From an uncultured Candidatus Saccharibacteria bacterium (GTDB lineage Bacteria > Patescibacteriota > Minisyncoccia > Phycocordibacterales > UBA918): a stretch of DNA of 64,000 nt. A program made the position numbers and the translations under genes. Under the pieces are notes generated by a model. The model was not told the DNA's origin. It saw only the letters and a list, made by a program, of their open reading frames with translations, and ran no database searches. Positions within the stretch are counted from its first letter, which is position 1. Each line of letters opens with the position of its first letter. Positions 1 to 8,028 of this stretch are shown here, in pieces. Location: positions 185,968 through 249,967 of the forward strand of contig CAZRNZ010000001.1 in assembly GCA_964601615.1 (NCBI GenBank). The letters are read 5' to 3'.

Positions 1-792
1 TTTCATTTTAGCCTTTTTGGCGGCCATGTGTAAAGAAAGTAATTTCTTACCAACTGCTTCACGATAAGGACAGTGTTCGCAGTTATTTCCTATGGGTGGA
101 ATTTCATTCGACTCTAGATTTACTTTAATATCAGCGAGGGTTTTTTCAATCCAACCTGTGTCAGTCGGGCAATCTACTAAAGTTGTTTCAAAAGTAAGCT
201 TGTCATCAAAAGCATCTTCTTCTTTTGAAGCATTTGCATAAACAAGATAGCCTATATCCTGAACTTCGAAACCGTTTTTCTCTAAAAGCCAACGATAAAC
301 ACCAAGTTGTCTTTGGTATTGCTTTTCCCAAGGAGAATCACCAAGTTTTTCAATTTTTCCAGCTTTAGAAGTTGCTTTGTAATCGATAACAATTATTTTT
401 CCGTCTTCAGTTTGCCAGAGATCGTCAACTCCACCCGAGACAACAAGGTCTGTTCCAGGATGTCGGTACTCAATTCCAACAAAAGGATCGCGCCAAGTGT
501 CCATATTTGGATGATTAAACGGAACTGCTTTAATGCCGTATTTGGTCATTATTGGATGCGCAGTTGCATTCTTGCGGTGAATATCAAACTCCTTCTTGAA
601 AAGCTCATCTACAGCGATATTTAGATTAAAAGAAGGCATGGAAGGTCTCTTGGTGCCTAGTTTGTTATCAACATAAAAACAGCGCGGACACTCGATAAAC
701 AAATCTATTTTCGAGCGTGACAAACGCCATTTTGCGCCTCCATAATTCCAGTCAGCAGATCTATCTGGATTGTATTTCTTGATATATTCCAT
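1..792 (-). CDS. PD-(D/E)XK (RecB/Cas4-like) nuclease family protein; C-terminal part runs off the window start
   Basis: Hand translation from ATG at 792 shows no stop to position 1: MEYIKKYNPDRSADWNYGGAKWRLSRSKIDLFIECPRCFY...IVIDYKAT...EKQYQRQLGVY...VDCPTDTG...NNCEHCPY. D-x-K and QxxxY motifs match the RecB-nuclease fold. Cys pairs (CxxC N-terminal, C...CxxC C-terminal) resemble an Fe-S cluster. Confidence 0.6.
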   Translation of the reverse strand, partial: MEYIKKYNPDRSADWNYGGAKWRLSRSKIDLFIECPRCFYVDNKLGTKRPSMPSFNLNIAVDELFKKEFDIHRKNATAHPIMTKYGIKAVPFNHPNMDTWRDPFVGIEYRHPGTDLVVSGGVDDLWQTEDGKIIVIDYKATSKAGKIEKLGDSPWEKQYQRQLGVYRWLLEKNGFEVQDIGYLVYANASKEEDAFDDKLTFETTLVDCPTDTGWIEKTLADIKVNLESNEIPPIGNNCEHCPYREAVGKKLLSLHMAAKKAKMK

Positions 793-809
793 TATAAGGT
801 AATTATAAC

Positions 810-834
810 AAAAGCGCGCGCCTTCGGCGCGCGC
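810..834 (-). terminator. intrinsic terminator hairpin (GCGCGCGCC-ttcg-GCGCGCGC) with flanking A/T runs
   Basis: Perfect GC stem 814-834, A-run on + strand before it gives a T-run on minus; sits after the 854..1426 minus-strand gene. Confidence 0.6.
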
Positions 835-853
835 TTTGTCCTCTTAAATTAAT

Positions 854-1426
854 TTACTTAACCAAGAAAGTTTCAATAGCACTGTCCATCTGAGCATCAT
901 TAGCTAGATTGAACTCCTTATCACCATTGTCATGATAAAAAACAACAGCGTAAGTCTTTCCAGCTTCTGTACCACGAATCAACTTAATAGATTCAGGAAG
1001 AAGACCTTCATTGCTGTCAAAGCGAGAAACTCCAAGAAGACCAGTTAGTTGTCCATTTTCGTAATCACGGACACCAATCCATCCTGCGTCAGCTGGGAAG
1101 GTTACTGCTGATAGAGTGACTAAATCACCAGCCTCTTGCTCCTCAACAGAGATAATACCCTCTCTTTTAATAACAGAAGAAGATGCTGGTGTTGATGAAA
1201 CATCATTTTTAATTGTTACAGAGCTAGTAGCTTCAGAAACCTCATCCTCTACTTCATTATTCTCAACCTCTTCAACATCTGCATCACCATTAACCTCGGC
1301 TTTTTTTGTCTCATCTGCTCCAGGAAGAGCAAACATATAAACCAACAATCCTCCAACGATTAAACCTGATACGAAAGACATTACAGTCTTCTTGTTCTCT
1401 TCAGTGAAATTTGTTTGTTCTGACAT
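854..1426 (-). CDS. hypothetical membrane-anchored acidic secreted protein
   Basis: 190-aa ORF. N-terminal hydrophobic helix (VMSFVSGLIVGGLLVYMFAL), then a D/E-rich linker and a Ser/Thr-rich domain. No recognisable enzyme motifs. Confidence 0.55.
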   Translation of the reverse strand: MSEQTNFTEENKKTVMSFVSGLIVGGLLVYMFALPGADETKKAEVNGDADVEEVENNEVEDEVSEATSSVTIKNDVSSTPASSSVIKREGIISVEEQEAGDLVTLSAVTFPADAGWIGVRDYENGQLTGLLGVSRFDSNEGLLPESIKLIRGTEAGKTYAVVFYHDNGDKEFNLANDAQMDSAIETFLVK

Positions 1427-1482
1427 AAATCCAAAATTGTAACCTTACGGTAATTTTTAATACCAATAATTATACCTTTATT

Positions 1483-2307
1483 TTATGACGGTGAAAGTTG
1501 ACGAGCCTCAGAAAGTAATGCTTCTATTTTACTCGCAGAAAGGCCTAATTCGGCTATTTTATTGGGTTTTTTGATAACATCCTCACAAACAACAATCCCT
1601 TTTTCTATTAAAGCTGTTTTTTGGGCAGAATTTATACTTTGTAAAACAGTTACTGGATATAGTTTTTTGCTCTCAATTAGTGAGTAGAGATTTTCTTCCT
1701 TTGGATAATCCCAGCTAAGTAAATCTACTCCGACACAATTTGCATACTTAATAGCTGCTGTCGTAAATTTTGTGTTAGTAATTATCTTAAAATCTTTTAC
1801 TCCACAAATATCTTCTGCACAAATTTTCATCTCTGATAAATCAAGCAAGCGTGCATAAGAATACATTGCAACTTGTAAGTCAGATTTTAAACCTGGTCTA
1901 GCATGAAATTTCGCTTCGGCAACAAAAGAATGATCTTGTTTATAGGCTGCTATATCAATTTCATGTGTTGCACACTTTCCTTTTATGATTAAACCCGTTC
2001 TGGTGTTGTAACCCTGACTCTGAAAAAGCCGAGAAAGAAAAGTTTCAAATGGAAAACCGGTTGGGCCCAAATCAAACAAAGCGCGTCGTAAGGCATATCT
2101 TGCGACTACAGATTCTTGTGTTGCTTTCAGTAAAGCAAAAGCTTTTTTATAAATATCCTGAGTAGTAATTCCATCATGTGCAACACTCTCAATTTCAGCT
2201 ACGATGTGTTCAATTTCTTTATCAGGAGTACCAGCTCTTTCTAGCGATCGACGAAGTTTATCTGCGTCAAAATTTTCTATCGTTCCATCTGCTTTTGTAA
2301 CTAACAT
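1483..2307 (-). CDS. ATP-cone domain fused to Mrr-like (PD-(D/E)XK) restriction endonuclease domain protein
   Basis: N-terminus VTKADGTIENFDADKLRRSL resembles the NrdR/ATP-cone consensus. Middle FETFLSRLFQSQGY...THEIDIAAYKQ...AEAKF fits the Mrr catalytic core (E/D...E-x-K). Confidence 0.65.
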   Translation of the reverse strand: MLVTKADGTIENFDADKLRRSLERAGTPDKEIEHIVAEIESVAHDGITTQDIYKKAFALLKATQESVVARYALRRALFDLGPTGFPFETFLSRLFQSQGYNTRTGLIIKGKCATHEIDIAAYKQDHSFVAEAKFHARPGLKSDLQVAMYSYARLLDLSEMKICAEDICGVKDFKIITNTKFTTAAIKYANCVGVDLLSWDYPKEENLYSLIESKKLYPVTVLQSINSAQKTALIEKGIVVCEDVIKKPNKIAELGLSASKIEALLSEARQLSPS

Positions 2308-2339
2308 AAAGAATATCGGTAATTAAAGTAATTTGTCCA

Positions 2340-3329
2340 TTACATTATAAATAATGAAAACAAGAATAAGAAATAAAGAATTATCAAAACAACACTCTCT
2401 CGCCAAGTTATAGCCTTTTTTACCTGAGAAGTATAAAGAAGGAATAAAGCTATTACTATCAAAAACACTCTGTTTATTAATGGAAATGTAGTGATGTCGT
2501 TTTGGATTGGATGTATAACAGCAGTTAAGCCAAGCACCAGAGTTGCAGGAATAATCACTGCACCAAGAAGTCCTCCGACAATAAGGTTTGTTTCACCCTT
2601 TATAGAAGAAATAATTGAAAAATAAATCTCAGGCAATGCTCCTCCAAAAGCCAAAATAACGGCACCTACTATTACTAGAGGAATATTTAAATCTTCTGCA
2701 AAAATAGAAGAACCATAAACCACTCCTTGAGCAGACAGCGCGACTAAGACAATACTAATAACGACTTTTACAATATCAGTTAAAACAACTGATCGTGGAA
2801 TATTTTCTTCTTCATCCTGGAATACTTTAGAAAAACGATTCTGCCTTACTAAAAGCCAGTAAACATAACCAATAAAAAGAAGTATTAAAACTAAACCATC
2901 ACTACGAGATAGAAAACCATCAGAAATTAAGATTAGTGGCAGAATAGCAGAAATTGAGGTCAAAAAAGCTGTGTCTTTGACCATATCACCTTCGATAGGA
3001 AGTTCTTTCTTTGCAGCAAAAAATACACTTAATGAAACAGCTAGTGTCATTACAATTATATTACTTCCCATTATTTCACCAAAAGAAAGTTCAGGTATTC
3101 CCTGAAATGCAGAAGTTATACCAATAAAAAAGTTTGGTAAAGTAGCGGCAAAAGCCAAAATAAAGAAAGCAACAACAAACTCTGTTATTTTAAAGTAACG
3201 AGATAATCTTGTTAAACCTCCTATCAAAAAGTTACCCGCAACGTACAACAAAACGCACGAGACAAAAATGGCAATAAGCCCATATAACCATGTCATTAAG
3301 CTTATGATATCACGGCTCCACCAAGACAA
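2340..3329 (-). CDS. Na+/Ca2+ exchanger family (CaCA, YrbG-like) membrane protein
   Basis: Multi-pass membrane protein with two internal alpha-repeat motifs (GSNIIVMTL...; GALPEIYFSIISSIKGETNLIVGGLLGA). Real start may be the internal Met at 3296, which would leave a 7-nt overlap with mnmA. Confidence 0.7.
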   Translation of the reverse strand: MSWWSRDIISLMTWLYGLIAIFVSCVLLYVAGNFLIGGLTRLSRYFKITEFVVAFFILAFAATLPNFFIGITSAFQGIPELSFGEIMGSNIIVMTLAVSLSVFFAAKKELPIEGDMVKDTAFLTSISAILPLILISDGFLSRSDGLVLILLFIGYVYWLLVRQNRFSKVFQDEEENIPRSVVLTDIVKVVISIVLVALSAQGVVYGSSIFAEDLNIPLVIVGAVILAFGGALPEIYFSIISSIKGETNLIVGGLLGAVIIPATLVLGLTAVIHPIQNDITTFPLINRVFLIVIALFLLYTSQVKKAITWRESVVLIILYFLFLFSLFIM

Positions 3330-4372
3330 ACCTCACCTCTGTAGAAAACAACCGACTGTCCCGCAGCTGGCTTTTCAATATTTTCTTTAGCTGAAATATA
3401 AAGACCATCTTTATCAGACAAAACATTAACCAAATCTGTTTTTCCCCGATAACGAAATACAGCTTCTGTTTCTGGTTCGTCAATTCTGTCTAGAATAATA
3501 TTTTCATTATTTATTCTAATTTTAGTTTCGCTACCAATTTCTGGCGGCTTTATATCAACAATAATGGAGTTTGTTGTAACATCTTTGGCAACAACAAAAT
3601 GTGGTTTGCGTGCTTTTTCGCCAAAAATAGTAAATCCATGTCTTTGTCCTAATGTATAGATAAGTGCCCCTGTATGTTCACCAATTATTCCACCACGTAC
3701 ATCATGTACAGCCCCTTTTTTTAATGTAGTAAAGTGACCAATAAATTCTGGTATATCAACGTGACCAAGAAAACAAACTCCTTGACTATCTTTCTTTACA
3801 GCAGTTGGAATACCGGCGTCTTTGGCCTCTTTTCTAATATCTATCTTTTCTGTATCTCCTACTGGGAATAACGTATGTGCGAGATCTTCTTGTGTCAGAG
3901 TCCACAAAAAATATGATTGATCTTTTGATGTATCCAAGCCTTTTAAAAGCTGATAAGAATCACCCTCCTTTTTTACTTGAGCATAATGTCCGGTAGCAAT
4001 AAAATCAGCACCATGTTTTTTGGCAAACTCCCAAAAAGCACCAAACTTTACGTGGCGATTACACATTACGTCTGGGTTTGGTGTGCGTCCAGCAATATAT
4101 TCTGAAATAAAATAATCACCCACACCTTTCTTGTATTCTTCTTCTGCATCACAAGTCAGGAAAGGAATTTTTAGGTGCGCAGCAACTCTCATTGCATCAA
4201 GTCGTTCTTCCTCCCAATTACAAACCAAAAAATCTGGGTGCCAAACTTTAATAAAAACCCCAACTACGTTGTAGCCTTCTTTTATTAAACGCAAAGCAGC
4301 GACCGAGGAATCTACTCCGCCCGACAACCCCACAAATACAGTCTTATCTTTGTTTTTATATCTTTCAAACAT
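3302..4372 (-). CDS. mnmA: tRNA-specific 2-thiouridylase MnmA
   Basis: PP-loop VGLSGGVDSSVAA, catalytic Cys region, conserved C-terminal barrel. 356 aa. Confidence 0.9.
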   Translation of the reverse strand: MFERYKNKDKTVFVGLSGGVDSSVAALRLIKEGYNVVGVFIKVWHPDFLVCNWEEERLDAMRVAAHLKIPFLTCDAEEEYKKGVGDYFISEYIAGRTPNPDVMCNRHVKFGAFWEFAKKHGADFIATGHYAQVKKEGDSYQLLKGLDTSKDQSYFLWTLTQEDLAHTLFPVGDTEKIDIRKEAKDAGIPTAVKKDSQGVCFLGHVDIPEFIGHFTTLKKGAVHDVRGGIIGEHTGALIYTLGQRHGFTIFGEKARKPHFVVAKDVTTNSIIVDIKPPEIGSETKIRINNENIILDRIDEPETEAVFRYRGKTDLVNVLSDKDGLYISAKENIEKPAAGQSVVFYRGEVCLGGAVIS

Positions 4373-5353
4373 TTATCTTAAGTACTTTGCAACATTTGCC
4401 CTATGTTCGTCAAATGTTTTTGCGTAATAGAAATTTCCATCGTCACCAGTGATGTAATAAAAATAATCACTTTTTATTGGATTTAACACAGCATTTATAG
4501 CTTGAAGTCCAGGATTTCCAATTGGAGTTGGTGGCAATCCATCATAAAGATAGGTATTGTATGGCGTATCTTTTTCTAAATCTTCTGGGGTTAAGGTATT
4601 TAGTGGACGATTGAGTACGTATTCAATCGATGCATCTACTTGAAGTCTCATTCCATCCTCAAGGCGATTTTGTAGAATACCTGAAACCATCTTCATTGAA
4701 TCTTCTGTATTAGCTTCACGTTCTAGAATAGAGGCTAATACAATCACACCTTCACCTAAAGGATGTAATCTAATTTCTTCTTGCAACAAAAGGGTCTTCT
4801 CTTCATAAGTTGCTATTAAAAGTTCAGCTAGCTCCAATGCTGCAAAATCAGCCGGAATAAAATATGTATCTGGAAAAAGATATCCCTCTTTACCTTTAAC
4901 TAGGTTTAAAAATTCTACTGAATCAAAATCGGGTAAAATTTGTTCTGCAATACGGGCGTATTCAGTAGCTGTATATCCCTCAGGAAGAGTTAGTGATAGA
5001 AGATTTTCACCAGCTGAGCCTTGAGTAATTTTTTTAGCAACTTCGAAGACGTCAATTGGTTCTGAGAAAAAATATGTACCTGCCTGAATTGAAGCTGGAT
5101 CATATTTACTAACCAATAATACATATAAAAATGCTGCGGACTTAACTACACCCTCATCGCGTAATAAATCTGAAATAGCAGAAGCAGAAAGTCCTCTTGG
5201 AATTGTTACTACCTGTTCTTCTGGAAAATCTTTTGGTGCTTTTGATTGACTCCAAACAAATAGACTAGTGGAAATAATTAATAAAATAAAAGCAGTGAAC
5301 ACATAAATCCACAGTGACCTCTGGGGTCTTTTTGTATTATAGGTTTCAATCAT
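4373..5353 (-). CDS. mltG: endolytic murein transglycosylase MltG (YceG-like)
   Basis: N-terminal TM anchor, YceG-like domain ending ...YFYYITGDDGNFYYAKTFDEHRANV. Abuts mnmA start. Confidence 0.85.
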   Translation of the reverse strand: MIETYNTKRPQRSLWIYVFTAFILLIISTSLFVWSQSKAPKDFPEEQVVTIPRGLSASAISDLLRDEGVVKSAAFLYVLLVSKYDPASIQAGTYFFSEPIDVFEVAKKITQGSAGENLLSLTLPEGYTATEYARIAEQILPDFDSVEFLNLVKGKEGYLFPDTYFIPADFAALELAELLIATYEEKTLLLQEEIRLHPLGEGVIVLASILEREANTEDSMKMVSGILQNRLEDGMRLQVDASIEYVLNRPLNTLTPEDLEKDTPYNTYLYDGLPPTPIGNPGLQAINAVLNPIKSDYFYYITGDDGNFYYAKTFDEHRANVAKYLR

Positions 5354-5358
5354 TTTGT

Positions 5359-6816
5359 TTATTCAGGTAAATCTCCAATTGGAAGATTATTCGGAGCTTC
5401 AGCACGTGTAGAAGAAATACGGTCTAATGTTGGGGTCATAGCCACACTACCCGGCAAGTGGAACATAGTCGCCAATTCTTCTGTAGTAAATATCTTTGGT
5501 TCATCAGCGCCACTCTTAGGAGCATAGGCACGCTTTCTATATTCTTTAAGCTCTTGAGTTTTCAAGTCTTTCAACGCCTTCTTTTTGCCGCCAGGAATTA
5601 AGCTCTTATAATCAAAGTCAGTTCGCCAGCGCACACCAACAGCATTTCTACCAATCAAGTCATACTGACTAAAAGATCGTATCATAGGACTGATTACATC
5701 ACCATTAAACTTACCTTTCTTGGTAATATACATCCATCGAATAGCAGTTTTATAAGCATACTTTGACATATTTCTTTCGATAGCAGAAATAGTGTCACGC
5801 TCACCAGTAGTTAACATTGCCATTTGACCCCCTTCGTCTAAATCCTTGGCTCCGAGTGGAGTTTTCTTCTTCGGATCACGGTTCATAATCGTATTTATTT
5901 GTTTTTCAGCACCCTTTGTCCAATCTTCACTTTCGCCCATCATTAATTGACCGTTTTTAAAACTACTAGTTCGAAAAGGTGTTGCAAGAAACTGCACAAA
6001 AATTCTTTCATAAGGTTTTATCGTACTTAAAACCTCAAGCATTGGAGTAATTGGGTCAATCTTTTCTTCTTCTTTAGGAAGTTTATCTAAACCATAATCA
6101 ACATAAGTTTTGATTGGCAAGGCAGCGTCCTTTTTCTTTCCCATATGAAAAGACATCAGCTCGAAGTCATGCGCTTCAAAATCTACTGGAATTTCGGCAG
6201 CATAATCTACCGGATCTTCTACAACTTCAACACCTGGATACTGAGCATATAAGTTTGATTCAATAGCATCACGAGTTTTCTTGGTTGGAACGTTTACATA
6301 AAAACGCACCTCTCCTCCAATAGACACAATCTCAAATGAGTATGGTAAAGGCTTTTTACCATCAAGATAAGTCTGCATTAAGTTATCTGGGCTTGCAGTA
6401 TTATGAATCTGAGAAATTACAGTTTCCATTGCCTCTGGGGACTTTAAAACTTCTTGTGGCAGACGGATACGTAGTGTCGAACGACCCTGAGAAAGATAAA
6501 AGGCAGTACCTACCATATCCATCCATTTAGAATGAAAAACAGTAATCAAAACTAGCGGCAACCAAATCGGTATTAAAGCAAAAAAGACTGCCAGAACTTG
6601 TCCGAGAGATAAACCTAAAATAGCCACTGCAATAATAAGAAGCAAAAATGAAGTTAGTGCAGCAAGTGGACCATAATCCATTCCGCCAGCAGATACCCAT
6701 CCAAATATATTACCTATAACAAAAACTTTCTTTTTACTAGCCTTGTCTTCAAAATTTCCAGACAACAAAAGACTAATTGATGAAGGTTTTTGTTTGCTCT
6801 TGGAGACATCAGACAT
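5359..6816 (-). CDS. hypothetical membrane protein with large soluble domain
   Basis: 485-aa ORF. N-terminal TM helices (residues ~45-95), no Walker motifs or other recognisable catalytic signatures. Confidence 0.55.
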   Translation of the reverse strand: MSDVSKSKQKPSSISLLLSGNFEDKASKKKVFVIGNIFGWVSAGGMDYGPLAALTSFLLLIIAVAILGLSLGQVLAVFFALIPIWLPLVLITVFHSKWMDMVGTAFYLSQGRSTLRIRLPQEVLKSPEAMETVISQIHNTASPDNLMQTYLDGKKPLPYSFEIVSIGGEVRFYVNVPTKKTRDAIESNLYAQYPGVEVVEDPVDYAAEIPVDFEAHDFELMSFHMGKKKDAALPIKTYVDYGLDKLPKEEEKIDPITPMLEVLSTIKPYERIFVQFLATPFRTSSFKNGQLMMGESEDWTKGAEKQINTIMNRDPKKKTPLGAKDLDEGGQMAMLTTGERDTISAIERNMSKYAYKTAIRWMYITKKGKFNGDVISPMIRSFSQYDLIGRNAVGVRWRTDFDYKSLIPGGKKKALKDLKTQELKEYRKRAYAPKSGADEPKIFTTEELATMFHLPGSVAMTPTLDRISSTRAEAPNNLPIGDLPE

Positions 6817-6898
6817 AATTTATTCTATTATACAATCATTACAATAAAATAACGAAAAGCTGTGTGTAAAAATACACACAGCTTTTCGTTATTTTAGA

Positions 6899-7927
6899 TT
6901 AATCGGCAACTAGAGTGTAAGCACCATTTGATAATCTTTTGAAAATATTTGTATCTTGGAGATTTACAACGATTGTGTTGTCCTTCACATATCGCTCTTT
7001 GCGAACCTTATCTATGATTTCTTCGCGAGTTAGTGGACCGTATTTTTCGAGAATGTCTCGCAAAACATCTTTTACCACACCAGCTGAGTAACCCCATTCT
7101 GACAGAGCATATAATCCGCGTCCTACCAAAACAAATCTTTTATCTTTTATCAGCTCATTATGAGTTGTGGCAATATGAGCTTTGCGGCCAAACAATTCCT
7201 CAATTGCTTTTGCTACTTCACGGAAATGCATTGGAGAACCATGACGCTTTACAACAAGGTAAGCATAATCACGAACTCCTTTAACCTTCACATTTGGACT
7301 TGAAGTGTGTCCCCATTCACCAAGTGGATTTCGAGAAATGTCCTTTGAGATAAGTAGCCAACGCTTCAAAACCTCATCATCGTATTTGTCAGCAATGTCG
7401 ATAAGTTGTTCACGAAAACGTGACAAAACATCATCTTCGGTTACCAGCTGATCACGCTCCATTGATTGATGTACGTTTTTGAGCGCCTTTTCAACCATTT
7501 CAGCAATTTTCTTTTCTGTAAACCAACGGTGTTGGTAAGAAGTATTTTCCTTTGAACGATAAAATGGATTTCCAACAATGAGTAAGAAATACAAGTGATT
7601 TCTAGTAACTTGGTCGGAAGATAGAGAATTTAGAAGATGATCTTCTGCAATAACTCCACCACCGATTTGATTTATTACACCTTGGAGTTCTTCAAAAATA
7701 AATTTGAATTCATCATAAGCCTCAGACTTCTGAATAGAGCTGATAGCATAACCTTCAATCTGACGGACACGCTCACGCGTAATACCGTAAATTTGACCAA
7801 TGGCCTCAAGGGTATAGGACTCTGGGTCAGAACCAATGCCATAACGCTTTTCCAGAACATCACGAGCACGCTCTGGAAGAGTGGACAATAACTTTTTGGT
7901 AATCTGCTTTGGTTTAAAAGTGATCAT
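6899..7927 (-). CDS. sigma-70 region-4-like HTH plus C-terminal HARE-HTH (winged helix) domain protein
   Basis: N-terminus LPERARDVLEKRYGI...TLEAIGQIYGITRERVRQIEGYAI matches the sigma70 region 4 pattern. C-terminus MHFREVAKAIEELFG...FVLVGRGLYALSEWG matches HARE-HTH (RpoE delta-like). Confidence 0.6.
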   Translation of the reverse strand: MITFKPKQITKKLLSTLPERARDVLEKRYGIGSDPESYTLEAIGQIYGITRERVRQIEGYAISSIQKSEAYDEFKFIFEELQGVINQIGGGVIAEDHLLNSLSSDQVTRNHLYFLLIVGNPFYRSKENTSYQHRWFTEKKIAEMVEKALKNVHQSMERDQLVTEDDVLSRFREQLIDIADKYDDEVLKRWLLISKDISRNPLGEWGHTSSPNVKVKGVRDYAYLVVKRHGSPMHFREVAKAIEELFGRKAHIATTHNELIKDKRFVLVGRGLYALSEWGYSAGVVKDVLRDILEKYGPLTREEIIDKVRKERYVKDNTIVVNLQDTNIFKRLSNGAYTLVAD

Positions 7928-8028
7928 AGATTTGATTTATCCTCCAAAATTCAGGAACTGGCGGTGATTTTGCCATAGACTTTATTGGATGTCCAGCATA
8001 CTACCACCTCCTTTGACATACGTCAACT

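Noticed and set aside
307-624. 105-aa + strand ORF from the six-frame track
   Set aside because: Lies entirely antisense within the better-supported minus-strand PD-(D/E)XK nuclease gene. Low-complexity composition. Treated as a shadow ORF. The same reasoning applies to the many 60-110-aa antisense ORFs inside leuS, uvrA, the atp genes, the RND permease and others.
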